DNA from: Podarcis tiliguerta
Taxonomy: Eukaryota
Assembly: GCA_965153285.1 (NCBI GenBank)
Contig: OZ229112.1
Strand: one strand, 5' to 3'
Length of the DNA: 64,000 nt
The position numbers and the translations under genes were made by a program. How positions within the stretch are numbered: position 1 is the stretch's first letter; each line of letters starts with the position of its first letter. The notes beneath the pieces are model-generated. The model was given only the letters and a program-made list of their open reading frames with translations, was not told the origin of the DNA and did no database searches. This document shows, piece after piece, positions 1-12,769 of the stretch.

Positions 1-1430
1 CATACGTAAATAAATGAAGATATCAATCTGCCTTTAATGGTTAGAATGAAAAAAAAAGAAAAAGCTGCACTCCATCAGAATGCAAAAAGAAGGTAGAGAT
101 GGACAATCCAATAGTTCCTGAAGTAATTTTCTTAAATTATCATCTAAAATTAGTCTCAAGATAGCATCATAGAACTTTTGATTTTCTTTTTCCACTCAGA
201 AGACGTTTCTGTGCCCAGAGATGAAACATAGCAAACACCCATGATGGAATAGACAAGCTCTCTCTTTCTCCAGTGCCAGCTAAATTGGACTGAACATCCT
301 GCATCTGCTTAGTCAGTCTATCTACTGTCCTAGCCATGGATAGACTGAAGAGTGGCTCCATATTGTCAAAGGAAGAATCTTCTATCTATATCCAGTAAGG
401 AAGCCAATCAGGCTGGCAAAGAACAGAGCATCTACTTTGTCAGCTCAATGTTTTGCAAAATGGGTCAGGCTATTTGAGGAGGAACAAAAAGATGAAGGGA
501 CATAGCTAGGAAAAGTACTAGGAGAGAATTCAGAGGCCTGACAGGCCAAATTAGGCCCCTCCCTAGGTTAGATGATTGCTAACAAGTTGTGGTTTTCACT
601 AAACCACCGTTTCTCATCCCATATTAATTTGAGGAACTGTTGTTTATCTTAACTCTAGGTAGTTAACAACCCAGGATATCAAGCCACGGTTTCATCCTGG
701 TTTGCTTTAACTAACTAGAGGCAGAATAATTTGCAGAATTTTGTGATGAGAAATAATAGTTTAGCAAAAAATCAAAATGAAAAATTTCACTCTCTTCCTC
801 TTGTTCACATATGAGTGGAGAAGAAGCTTAACTATGGTTCATAATAGTTGCCTGAACCTACTATGAAGTCTAAAAGGATAAATTAATACACTTGAAATGA
901 ATGTCCTCCTGCATCCTGCAGGGTTTGGCAGTCCAACCAAAAGGTGAACCCTTTGGACCAGAAGTGACATTGTGGGGAGAGCACACTGAGGATGCAGCAC
1001 TGCTCATCCCAACAGATGATAAAGGCAGGGTAAGAGATGCATCAGGGATAGGTCCTGGCATATCAAAATAAACAGCTAAAATAGAGAATAGTAATAAATA
1101 TGCTCAGTTTTCACCAAAAGCCTAGCAGAATAGGTATGTTTTAACTGACTCCCTAAAAATCTCAACAGGGTAAGCCTAAGCCTGGAAGAACTCCCCTGGC
1201 ATGGAGTTTCATAGTACTGGTATCACATCTATCTGTCAGACTCGCCACCTTTAATAGGAGAATAATAACATAGGCCTACTAGGCAGGGCTGTTGTAAGGG
1301 ATATTGAGATGCATCTGAAGCACTTTGAATACTCAGGTAGGCATAAGAACAAGTTTCCATACTAAGATTCTTTTCATCTTCTGATTAAGTATTTACATAT
1401 TTTGACAGGGGAAACACAGAAAAAGCATAC

Positions 1431-1658
1431 CTTAACATGCAGCGTTGTTGTATTAACTTGAACCGGAAACTCAATCTCAATAATCCCATTTTCTGGCACA
1501 TGGTAGATTAGGTTCTGAGATGCCTCATTTGCCTGTGATTCACCTCCATCACCATATGGGTAGTAAGCAGGATTCCCTATGGATGTGGCAGTGATCACAA
1601 TGTCATTCCTTCGCTCATCAGACGACAGCAGACTGTTGTCAATTTTTGTTACTTTCAG
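1431..1658 (-). CDS. CD109: CD109 exon 11 (LKVTKIDNSLLSSDERRNDIVIT...IEFPVQVNTTTLHVK)
   Basis: 228 nt, tttcag|/|gtatgc; similar to human VKVTRADGNQLTLEERRNNVVIT. Confidence 0.95.
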
Positions 1659-1956
1659 CTGAAAATAGTAAAAGGCATGTCCATAAATCAAACCAAAACT
1701 TTCAAAACCATGATTTACAACAACTAAGATTTATACTCAAATCATAAATATGGAACGCCAACAGTGCTTTTAGTGCTGACAGATTGCAACCACCAATAAC
1801 TAATACACCAAGAGACTCAAAAGAAATTGTAATTAATTTATTTAAAAAACAATATCTATATATACAGTATTTTTAAAAACCCAACTCTTGTCTCCATAAT
1901 ACTGCTTTTTTTTCTAGAATGATACTGATAATATAAAGAGTAGTAGAATAACTCAC

Positions 1957-2066
1957 CGTAGCTATGAAGTTCAGACTAGGCTTGAGAACTGCTGGATACT
2001 CAGAAAATTCTAGTATGTAGTCATGATGCTTTGGAAATACAGTAGCACTTGCATTTTGGGAGATTC
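1957..2066 (-). CDS. CD109: CD109 exon 10 (GISQNASATVFPKHHDYILEFSEYPAVLKPSLNFIAT)
   Basis: 110 nt, cag|/|gtgagt; similar to human HDYIIEFFDYTTVLKPSLNFTAT. Confidence 0.96.
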
Positions 2067-2373
2067 CTGTTAGAATATTTGGAGGGTTTAAAAAAAAAAA
2101 GTCACATGCATAATCATTCATTCCTAATAACACTTGCAGAGTCCGTATTTCTCATGATTCCAACTACCAACAGTTTATACTGCTGTGAAAGGCAGCTCCT
2201 TTCTCAGCATGTAGCAAGGATTTGCAGGGAGCTGGATATGCAGGGGAAAGTCTCCTCCTACAAGGCAAAAAAGGGGGCATGCCCTAGGGAGTGGCGACGG
2301 CTTGATTATGAGCCTCAAAGGCCAAAGGTACCCCATACCTGCCTTAAGGAAAACCCCATATAAAGCTGCATAC

Positions 2374-2503
2374 CTGTAAGTGCTTCTGTAACCACAGCTG
2401 TAATTTCCACCGGCATCTGGTGATGCGCAGAATAACCCCAATTGTTGTAAGTTATATTTTCCACCTCTAGAATGTCAAATGTAAAGTTCACAGATCCATT
2501 AAT
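2374..2503 (-). CDS. CD109: CD109 exon 9 (INGSVNFTFD...PVEITAVVTEALT)
   Basis: 130 nt, tttcag|/|gtatgc; similar to human INGSANFSF...PVEILTTVTESVT. Confidence 0.94.
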
Positions 2504-3236
2504 CTGAAAACAACAACAAGAAGAAAAACTAATCAATTTGTTTTATCTTCTGAAAGGAATAAGCAGGCATGGGGGAGAGAGAACCAGACCATATTTGTAT
2601 CACTGTGTTTCCCTTAAGGGTTAAGGTAGCATTAGCAGAGCACAGTTTGGAAATGGAAATGATAAATAAAACAAAATATTGTCAAAGCATGAACCTGCGG
2701 TGGATCTTGGAAACATCAGAAGTTGGGCTGATAGTGAGCCTAAGCAGCACCAACCACCTGCCAAAGGAGGGAACTGCAGGCAGATCAACCATACCAGTCA
2801 CTACTGCCTTCTTACTCCAACAAGCAAGAGTAGGTCATGTGACATGTCCTCACCCCATGAATGTTTCTGGCTCAGGAGATCTGCTATTACTGCTTACAGA
2901 TTAACCGGAACATTACTCTTTGTCTTTAGCTGACAATTCTAGGGGAGCTGGAACTGGGATATCTCTACGTTACACACTGCTTTCTTCAGTGGGGGGCTAC
3001 TACGTAATGGCCACCACACAGATCATTAGAGATTTGCTTAATCATTTGGATGACAGACTGATAAGCATAAGCTACAGGGTAGCATAGGTAGGCAGCTGAG
3101 TAAAAAAAAGCTAAGGCACTGGATTGCAATTTAAAAGATTTATTATTTCCACAAAGAAATCCTTGAGGTGGCTGAAGAAGTGTTACCCCCCCCCCCGCCC
3201 AACATAAGCACATGTCAGGTGCTAACTGCAGCTCAC

Positions 3237-3327
3237 CTCAAATGTCTTAGTGATATTTTTCTTCCTTCCATAGAACTGGGAACAATCAACAGTTACTTTT
3301 CCTTGCACAGGCTTTCCATATGTGTAC
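3237..3327 (-). CDS. CD109: CD109 exon 8 (YTYGKPVQGKVTVDCSQFYGRKKNITKTFE)
   Basis: 91 nt, cag|/|gtgagc; YTYGKPV motif. Confidence 0.95.
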
Positions 3328-4039
3328 CTGAAACAGTCAACAAAAAACCCATCATTTCAAAACAAGTTTCTGAAGACAGGTTGAATCAATCTCATAAGCC
3401 TACAAGTATCCACTTGAATCTGATCCTACATACCATGCATGTAACTTTAAATCTGGGGATCATACCCTTTCTGGATCTGGGCATTACACCGAATCAGTGA
3501 AATTATTGCCCATCACTAATAAAACGTATCTTTTACTTTATCAACAACAATAACTACAAGTATCCCTACTATACATACAGAGACAGAGTGGACATAAGCA
3601 ACACCTCAGGTTATCTGGAAATTTATTGGAATTTTAACTCATATGAAATTCACCAGCCATAACGGTGCCACACAAGTGTTCCTGCAGTTAACACCTTCTT
3701 TCTTACAGCTTCTGCCCTAACAACTTTCTTCAAGTTCACTTGTGGGGTCAATGACATTCTTTAATTGTCCTGTTCTGGGTGCAGGGCTTAAATTACCAGT
3801 TTTCTCTTTATAGCCACAGTAATTTCTCATTTTAAAATTATTATTATTAGTTTTGTATTTTAAAATTGTACTCAGAAAAATATACTTTTAAAAAATAATG
3901 ATCAACTGTTATGTCTGCAAAGAAGGAATCAATAATTGAGTTAAATCCCACCTTTGCAAGGTGAGGAACTAGCTAAGGACTAACACGGGTGTACAATGCA
4001 TATAGACCTCAAATGATGTAAGATTCACTTTTTACCTAC

Positions 4040-4124
4040 TTTGCTGTGACAGTACCAGTGAAATTCATGTCTTTCTGAGAATAAAACAGAGGTGTTGCTA
4101 GAAAGACTTCAAACTTTGGTAGCA
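4040..4124 (-). CDS. CD109: CD109 exon 7 (VLPKFEVFLATPLFYSQKDMNFTGTVTAK)
   Basis: 85 nt, ttttag|/|gtagg; VLPKFEV motif. Confidence 0.95.
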
Positions 4125-5022
4125 CTAAAAAAAGAAGAAGCTATAATTAATTTGATGGCCATAGCTATGTTTTTCAATACATGTTTCATTAATGTGGTTT
4201 TCTCAGTATAATGCAAACATTGTATTTATGTATCTCATCTACACTGAAATCACATATCAGTTCAGTTCTATACCATGTTAATTGTTATGGCTTCCCCCAA
4301 AGTACCCAGGGCTTTTAATTTGGTGAGGGTGCTGAAGATTCCCTCAAAATGTACAATCCTCTAAACCAGGGGTGGGAAATATAAGAAACATGGGAAATAC
4401 TGAGCCACAAAATATGCCCACCCCCACAAAAAAGTCTGGTCTTAAATCAGCTGAAGTACATATGAGTTATCTGATAGAAGCAGATGGGAAAGGTCTTTAA
4501 AACAAGTGGACTGAACTTCTTCCTCTCCTGCATATTACTTCATCTCAATCCATTGCTCCATGCTCTTTATTCTCAGCTCACGTCTAGTAATAGAGGCGTA
4601 AGGGAGAAACTGCTTGGAGCAAAAGACTACAGGATCTTAAGGTACAGGATAGGAAAGTGTTTAGCACTTCTTTCCTGCACACTGCTTTTACTGTTAGACA
4701 CACACATCCTCAGCTACATATGTGAATGGGGCAGACATGTGAAATACATCCCCATGACATCTAAAAAATATAATGCATCTTTAGAATAACAAATGAAGTT
4801 GAATACTCTGTTCTGTATGGGCAAATATAGGAGGTAAAAGGCTCTCATAATCCGAGTCTCCTGGTCTTCGGTGATTTGAAGGCTTTTCATTATTATGACT
4901 TTTTAAATGTAACATTCATGATTCTACTGTTGCAGGAGGACCTTTAACTTTTTGAACCCCTTCTGTCTTCCAAAAAGAAGAAAATCTGCATCCAAGTTTA
5001 CATGCAAGCAGGAATCACTTAC

Positions 5023-5062
5023 CATATTCCATCACCGTAAATGTCTGATAATGTGTCTGATC
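5023..5062 (-). CDS. CD109: CD109 exon 6 (DQTHYQTFTVMEY)
   Basis: 40 nt, tag|/|gtaagt; similar to human DQTYYQSFQVSEY. Confidence 0.94.
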
Positions 5063-6708
5063 CTATAGAAAAACAAAATAAATTCTATGAAAGGTATGCT
5101 TAACTTGTATGGTGTATTATATCTAAGATAGGACTTTTCCCAAACTTATTCTAGCAAGAAAGCAAATGAATAAATAAGGTACATGCTGAACTGCCATTTT
5201 CCCAAAGACGACTTTACAATACTTAAGTGTACTGTGGCACCTTAAATACTGTTACACACCACCCCAATCTACACAGTAGTTTCCTATATTTTCACAGCTA
5301 TTTAATCATTGTTTAAACAGCATCACACACAATAATGAACACTGCATAATCACACATTTCCACAAACACATCAGGAAGTAGGGCAGTGATCAAAAGGGTT
5401 GTTCTATATAGGTAGTTTCTCAGCTCGGCCTCCCTGAGAGTGTCTGTGGGAAAGCTGAGTTGTTTCCATAGAAACTAACAAGGCTGAACAGTAACAGGGA
5501 GCCAGGCAGGACAGTTTTAAATTCATTCTTCTAGCAAGCACGAACTCAAGAGTTGCAAATAATAATATCAAATCAACACATTTTTCTACCCTACTGCATT
5601 CCGAGGGGTGAGTGGGGATCACAGAAGAGAGTCAAGATGCTCTCAAACAACTTGATTTCTCCTTCCAACTTAAACCACCACCACCACCAAGGCCAAGTCA
5701 GGAAATGAATAATTAAATAATAAAGAAATCTTTAAATAGACTCATTGTTCTTTGGGACCAAGAGCTCAGCTGAAAAGGCAGCAACTAGCCAACACTAGCC
5801 AGCACGCCATCTCAAAGTGAAAACTTGCTCTCTCACAAACTGAACTCTCTTACACAACTCAAAAGTTACAACTTCCTCATACAACAACTCTCATAAGAGA
5901 GCCCTCATAAGAGAGCCCAATGGTCCATCTAGTCCAGAATCCTGTTCTCAAAGAGGCCAACCAGATGCCTATGGGGAGCCTGCAAGTAGGACCTGAACCA
6001 TAACACTGTTTACAGCGGATAACAGAACATCCCTGTGCTTGTCAATTTGTCCCAAAGTCTACACAAATTCTTTCAAGGCCAACTTCTAATGTACAACATT
6101 TCTGTGCTTCCCTTTTCTTCTGATTTCCACTTCCTCAATCTGCATAGCCCTCCAAAGCAGTTAATATTGAATGCTTCAATCTCATTTGCTTCTTGGCTCG
6201 TTCCCAGTCACAATTAATGGTGTCCCAATTTGCTCTCTGTGACTGCATGTGATTGCACTTTCGCCTTTTATGTTGCTCAAGTATCTAAACCAACTCAAGA
6301 ACTACTAAAAACTGTCTTTGAACTTCTTTTTTAGAATTTCAGCTTTTAAGAAAATATACTGTACAAATGTTTTGGTAATGAGTTATTAAAAGCTGTATCA
6401 CATGATTTCTATATATCTTTTGAACTGAATGCTGAAGTAATGAATAGAATGCCTTCGCCACATCATACTTTTTGCACAGTAATCAGTATCTGAAGACTCA
6501 GATCTTTCTCAGTTGCTGATCTCATCCAATTTAGACAGTATACATTTCAATTAAACTGCACAACTGTAGACAGATTTAATCTCTAGCAACGATGAACTAA
6601 CTCCAGTATGCAACCTAGCCCCATGAAAATCAATGGGAATTTAATTATTGATTTTACTCAGAGATACATTACATCCCTGTTAAAACAATTCATTATGTTA
6701 ATACTCAC

Positions 6709-6834
6709 TTTTACTTGAACTTTTATGGACCAGTCACCCAGGACAGGATATTTGGATATTTTAAACTGCTTGGCAATCTTGCCTAGTTTTCCATTCTGCG
6801 ACAACCACTGTTGAATCAAATTGTGTCGAGGATC
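6709..6834 (-). CDS. CD109: CD109 exon 5 (DPRHNLIQQWL...PVLGDWSIKVQVK)
   Basis: 126 nt, tag|/|gtgagt; similar to human DPKSNLIQQWL...LGDWSIQV. Confidence 0.96.
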
Positions 6835-7230
6835 CTATTTTTAAAAAAATGTCAAAAGCATGTGTTTAGTAACACTCAGAACAGCACGCGGGGAAAGAGA
6901 GGGGAAATAGTTAATTCTGACAAGCTAAAGTACTTGTCCTGATAGTGCAGTGTTGAATTCCACCCAATAAAAATTAAAAATCATACAGCTTCTAGCACAG
7001 CACATTACAATTGCTACTACAGGCAGAAAAATCATTAACTTGTTTGCCAAGACTGTTAGCAATTTCCAGGTGGCCTATAAGGGAAAAGTTTGGGAACCAC
7101 TGATTTATTCTAAATTAAATCCCTTGCTATTATGTGTAAGAATAGTCTTAGTGAAAATACACTGCAGATTGCATAACCATACTCTTAAAGAAAACCCTGC
7201 TTCACCAAATAATGTCAAGTTTATACTTAC

Positions 7231-7461
7231 ATGAATATATATATTCATAGGAGTATTGTACGGCTTGAGGTCAGGATACAGAGTAACAACCCGTATTTTC
7301 ACATCTTGGCCTGGTTTATACATAGTCTTGTCAGTTTGGATGAATACCGATAAGCTCTTGTGCTCAAATTCAAGGGCAGTGTGGTTAGAAAATAGCAGAC
7401 GACCTTCTGAATATCCTTTGACTAGTAAATCATAATCACCAGGAGTACTGCCCAAAGGGAG
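7231..7461 (-). CDS. CD109: CD109 exon 4 (LPLGSTPGDY...SVFIQTDKTMYKPGQDV...NIYIH)
   Basis: 231 nt, cag|/|gtaagt; A2M-family FIQTDKxxYKPG motif. Confidence 0.97.
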
Positions 7462-9278
7462 CTGGGGGTAAAAAACATGATTGCTTTATTTATTTCTAAA
7501 ACAAATATTGGACACACAGAGCAGTAAAACAACAAATAATTAGAACTCACAAAACTAAAAAAAATTGAAGCTGCAATCCTATGCGCAGTTACCTAAGAGA
7601 AAACCCTACTAAAGATATCCAAGTAAATACGAGTAAGATTGTGACATAAAATCTACAAATAAGTTACAATGACACTCCCTAAAAGTGTTCTGTCACCTAA
7701 ATTTTCATTTATTCTTTCATACTATGATCCCATTTATATATTCACCCACAGCTCTAAAAATCATGGTTTATGAAGCTAGGAATGAATACTGTGGAAGTTC
7801 ACTCCTGCCTCATCCTCTTGTTTGCTTGTTGCATGCCAGCTTCAGTGTAAAGATTGTGACTTGCATTAAGCCGAAGTTCCCCATTACATCTTAACAGGAC
7901 CAGCCCTACCATTAAGCAGATTGTGGCAGCTGCCTCAGGCAGCAGATGTTGGAGGTTGTGAGGTGTGGGAGGACAGAGCTATGCATCCTGTACCCCCTAA
8001 ATTAGCCTACTGCAGCAACTAGCCCCTCACCAGTGCTGAAGAAAGATTCAGCTCCCATAGATTCGGCTGGCTTCTCTATGTGGAATGGGAAGGTACCATC
8101 TTGTTCTTTGCTTCAAGCAGTGAAATGTATCGGGCAGGCTAAATGGGACCAGGTTTACTGTCAATCAGTGTTCGAAACTCCCATTGTTCTTGGAGCATTT
8201 TGCAACAGGGAATTTCATTAGCGTACACAGTTTCTGAGCTCTGGGCGCAGTATTGCACCAAAGATTTCAGATTAAAACTGAGGAGTGGAAGGAAAGGAGG
8301 ACCTTTTTCTGCCTCCCTACTTCCAGCTCCTCTCTGAAGACTGGAGAAGAGACCCTCTTAAGAATATTGGGGGGTGGGTAAGGGGGTGGACTAGACCATG
8401 TGAAAAATGAACATAATATTTTAGCTGGTCCATTCATTTTCAGCTTTGTATTCTAGTTATTAAAAAAGCGTGCCTAGACATTCAGTTGTTGCACCCATAA
8501 CCTAGGTTTAAGGTGCCATTTAGATCCCAGTTTTCACATCTCAGTTTCTAACACTGCTGTCAATATGAGATCCTGGATCATTATCCTGGTTTCTGCGCCT
8601 GCACTACCAGGCAGACAACAATCTGTCCTCTGGCAGAACAGAATCAGGCTGCAGAAGAAAATGGTTCCCCTACGGCATTTGATCTAAATTCCCAACCATG
8701 ATTTGTGTTCTGGAAAGTCTTATTCTCTGAGTTAGTCTGCAAGCACATTTCGGAGATACAAGCAAGCACAGACATGCTTCTAAGGCAGAAGCAGCAGCCA
8801 TGCTTACAATTTACAAGAAAAGGGATTGTGCAGAAGAATCATGATTCATCTGCGCCTGTTCATTGGCTCTTAATTATTTTGAGGCAAGTGCTTCATGACA
8901 ATGTGGTTTGCACCTAAAAATGCATGTTGATATAAATCTGTTTTAAACTCTTATCTAATATTTATGAATTTTAATACTTTTACACCCTTTGTTAGCAAAC
9001 AAAACCTAGAAGAAATGCTAATCCCGCATTCTTGTTTCAATTACATCTAGACATGCCAGGAACACTAGTTTGAATGTCTGTTTTAACATCATTGTCAGAT
9101 GTTGTGTCCTAAAACAAGATATGAAACGCCTGCATTTCAGTTTATATGATTCACTTGTCAGAAGGAAGCTCTTTGCTCACTAATAGTGCACTTACACTAT
9201 ATACAAGATTAAAATGAAATAAAGGTAAGTAAATGAAAGAGGCATGGAACTCTAGTACTTGGGGAAAATAATACTTAC

Positions 9279-9307
9279 AGCTGGAAGGACAAGTGTACCA
9301 ACCGAAT
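9279..9307 (-). CDS. CD109: CD109 exon 3, 29-nt micro-exon (DSVGTLVLPA)
   Basis: cag|...|gtaagt; 29 nt bridges phase 1 to phase 0; similar to human GSFKTLTLPS. Confidence 0.9.
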
Positions 9308-12300
9308 CTGCATTTAAAAAAGAAAAGGGGGGATTAATCCACCTCTTGCTTCCTACATGCCATGTACTGTACCATGTACAGCAAATACATCCTTACAATG
9401 CCTTTGTTTGAATGCAGCATTCCAGCACTAGTCCGTTATATAATCTGAACCTTCTTCTTGTATTTCAGCAGGGGGATTCCAGTAGTACCTGCAGACACAC
9501 TTCCTGAGGATGGAGGTTATTTCTGGAGACCTAGGAAGAGGTGTTAACGCCATGTTCTCCCAGGATCTCTCTAAGTCAACCCATCACAAAGCAATGAGGT
9601 GGGAGCCACATTCTATCTGCATGAGGAGCCCCACCTCCTAAAGCTTTCTTTAGGCATGATATGTGTGAATGGGGTCCATGCAATGACCAGGGAATAACTG
9701 CCCTGGCCATGCTACCCCATGCCGACTACCACACGAGTACACAATGAGTACAGATATCTGAAAAAGAACAACTGCACATGACACTGGGGGCTTGTTTTCA
9801 GATAGCTGTGCTCAATGCACAGGGTGGGACTAGCCCATCTGTGCAACACGGGAGCAAGGCAAACTTCAGGGGTCTACTTCCCGATCATCAGATGGAACCC
9901 CATCTAGAGTGTAACATGTGATGTGGGCTCTAGTGATCGTTATAGTAATTGCTACCTGGAAGCACACTTCCTGGAGTGGTTTGCTGCAAACCTCAGTATG
10001 GACAGCAACAGGAACACCAAGAAGCTGGGGAGGTGTTTTTAATTCATGCCGACCCCACAGGATCTCTCTTGTCCGTCCTCACCACCAAGAGGTGAGTAAA
10101 CAGTTTGTATTGCATTCTTACAATATTTCAAGAGCTGCCTCAGGGATCATTTTATTGAAAGACATGGCATAAATATTTATACTAACCATCAGTGTATCAG
10201 AATTCAAATATGTGTTTCTCAGGGCAGAAGCACTGTTTCTTTTGTACACTTTAGTTGTCATGAAGTATGATTCAAATATAAAGTCAAAAAGTGATAGACT
10301 TCATTTCTGAGACCAGGATATACAGAAATGCTGCACCCATTTCTTATTTCTACTTATAGCTACTCTAGGCCCTGCTACTCAGAGGAGAGGTGGCAGCATG
10401 AATCAATATTCTTCTAGACTTCTAATATAAATCTAGAGGCTGGGGTGCAAGGATTTAGAAAGAATTTATTCCTAATTCCCAGTGGCCTCATTCCCATGCA
10501 CTAATTGAATTCTAATTCCTACAGACCTGTAACAACAGGCTTTTAATGCTTAACTTGTATTGACTTTGAAATGCTACTCTTAAATTGCCTTCTGTGTATT
10601 GCGCAAAGTATCTTCAGCAAATCTGTCAGTGTCGGCAAGAAGAGGTAAGGTCAAAACCAGAGTGCTCTCATTAGAGATATCAATTATTTAATGGAATGGG
10701 AGGCCTGATTGGTATCATGATTTACATCATCATGATTGATATAGTTCCATTCTTTCTGCCCTCTCAATAAACCTACCCCATATTTACCGTGAGGCCATCA
10801 CCCACAAACCACTCATGGACTGACATTCTTTATCTATTTATTTTAATTGTTTTCTTTATATGTTTATAAAGTGCACTTTCATTAAAAATATATGTAACAA
10901 GGTGGTGTACAATATAAACGCACATTACTTCAATAATAGCAGGGAAAACATCAATAACGTATCAGTGAAAACAAGCTGGTAAAAAAAAATCACATTCCAA
11001 AGCCCTGTCTGAAAAACACACATTTTAAAATGAATACCCTACTTACCCCTTTTCTATCCTTAGCAATACAAAAGAAAATGCAAAAGAAAAAGTCTGAAAA
11101 CTGAAAAATGTTTATATGTGGATAGTGAGCCACATCAGCAGAACTGAACTTTTATAATAGCTGCACAATTTCCTCGGTTGTCAATGGCCTATCACAGTCA
11201 TTTGGAGAGACCATTCTAGCCATTTCCTTCTCTGTTGACCATTCTCTTCTCTCTAGGAATAAATTCTATTACTTTAACCCTACCCTTTTCAAGTAACATT
11301 ACCTTTATATCCATTTCCTCCTCCGGCTCCCGCCCTAAGTTGCAGAAGGGAGTGATAATCTTGATTGGGCAGTGAGGAAGGAAACCTTTTATTCCAACAA
11401 TCCCAATGAAAATTGCTTCTTTACAACATGTGGATGGAGAAACAGGGAATGCCAACTTTCTTATTGCATGTTAGACTTCTGGAAGCAGTGTTGCATTCCA
11501 TTTCCAGTTTAAAGTAGAACATCAATGATTGGATGCTGCTAAACTGCCATGCCTGGAAGCACCCACCATCACTGTATTTGTATTTGAAGCCTCCATTTGA
11601 TATTTGCAATTAATATTGCAAAAAATATTGCAAACATCAAGAAGGTTTGTGGATTATCAGTGGAATGCACATAATTAAACTAATCAGTGATTAAAAGCCG
11701 GGTGGGATTTTCCTTTCCTGTGTCAGATAAGATTAGATCATATCTTTGGCAGTACCAATCTTTAATTATTACATTTGCCTGTAATTTCAAATAAATCAGA
11801 AGGGCTGAAATATTGCACAGTTAAATTATGACCCACAAACTGTTCAAATTGTCGTTTATGTTGGTTTTGTTCTACTGAATTGAGGCTTACTGTTGCCAAG
11901 GGAATCAAAATGTTTGGTTCAGCCCCTAAATTAAAACATACAGCTCCACAAAGAGTTCTTCGTATCCGGAGGCAATACTGAGGGCTCTTGCTGCTGTTTT
12001 GGGACCTGCCTGCAACAGCAGTTTGCCTTTAAGCTCCCACCAATGACAGATGGAAGGCCTTTCCCCCCAGGTACACACTCTGGGAAGTGAGTTGGGAAAC
12101 CTGGGAAATCCACCTTTGTTAAAACATTTATTACAAATGAGGAAAGGTATGCCTTTTTTCCAGCACATAATACAAGGCTGTATTCTTTCTGGCAAAATGA
12201 ACAAACACTACAGTCCTTTCCCTCCGTTGAGTCTCTTATGGTGCCACTGGGTTGCCTGGGTGTCCCTGCGAGTAAACACTCTCAAGCTGCTCCTTGGCTC

Positions 12301-12769
12301 TGTGGGCTGCTGAATCCCCTTGCACCATTCTGCTCCCCAATCGCTGTTTCATTTTGCCTCTATCCACCACAGAACGTGATCACAGTCTCCCCTCACCAGG
12401 CGAATTTTGCAAAGATTCTCTTCTTCCTTACTAGCCCACCATTCCTCCCCATCTCCTTCTTTCTCTCAACTAACTGCCCCAACTGTCACTTTCCCAATGT
12501 TCTAATTCCCTTGGCGACAGTTGCCAAGACTGCCCAGAGTTACCATTTTACTTTTAAAATATGTTAAAACCAAAACAGAAACACTAAACAAACATCTTGT
12601 TACAAAGGTACATGAATGTACACCTGTCCTCTGCAAATCTATCTATTTCTGTTCTCAAAGTTTCTCATTTTTCCAGTCTTAAACTCAGTTCTCCACATTT
12701 CCACAACCTGCCATTTTTTATTTTAAAAAATCCTAATGAAAATTCATCAGTATTTCAGTGAAAAATCTC

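Noticed and set aside
1-1430. Search for CD109 exon 12
   Set aside because: No segment resembling the expected next exon was found; it presumably lies beyond the window start.
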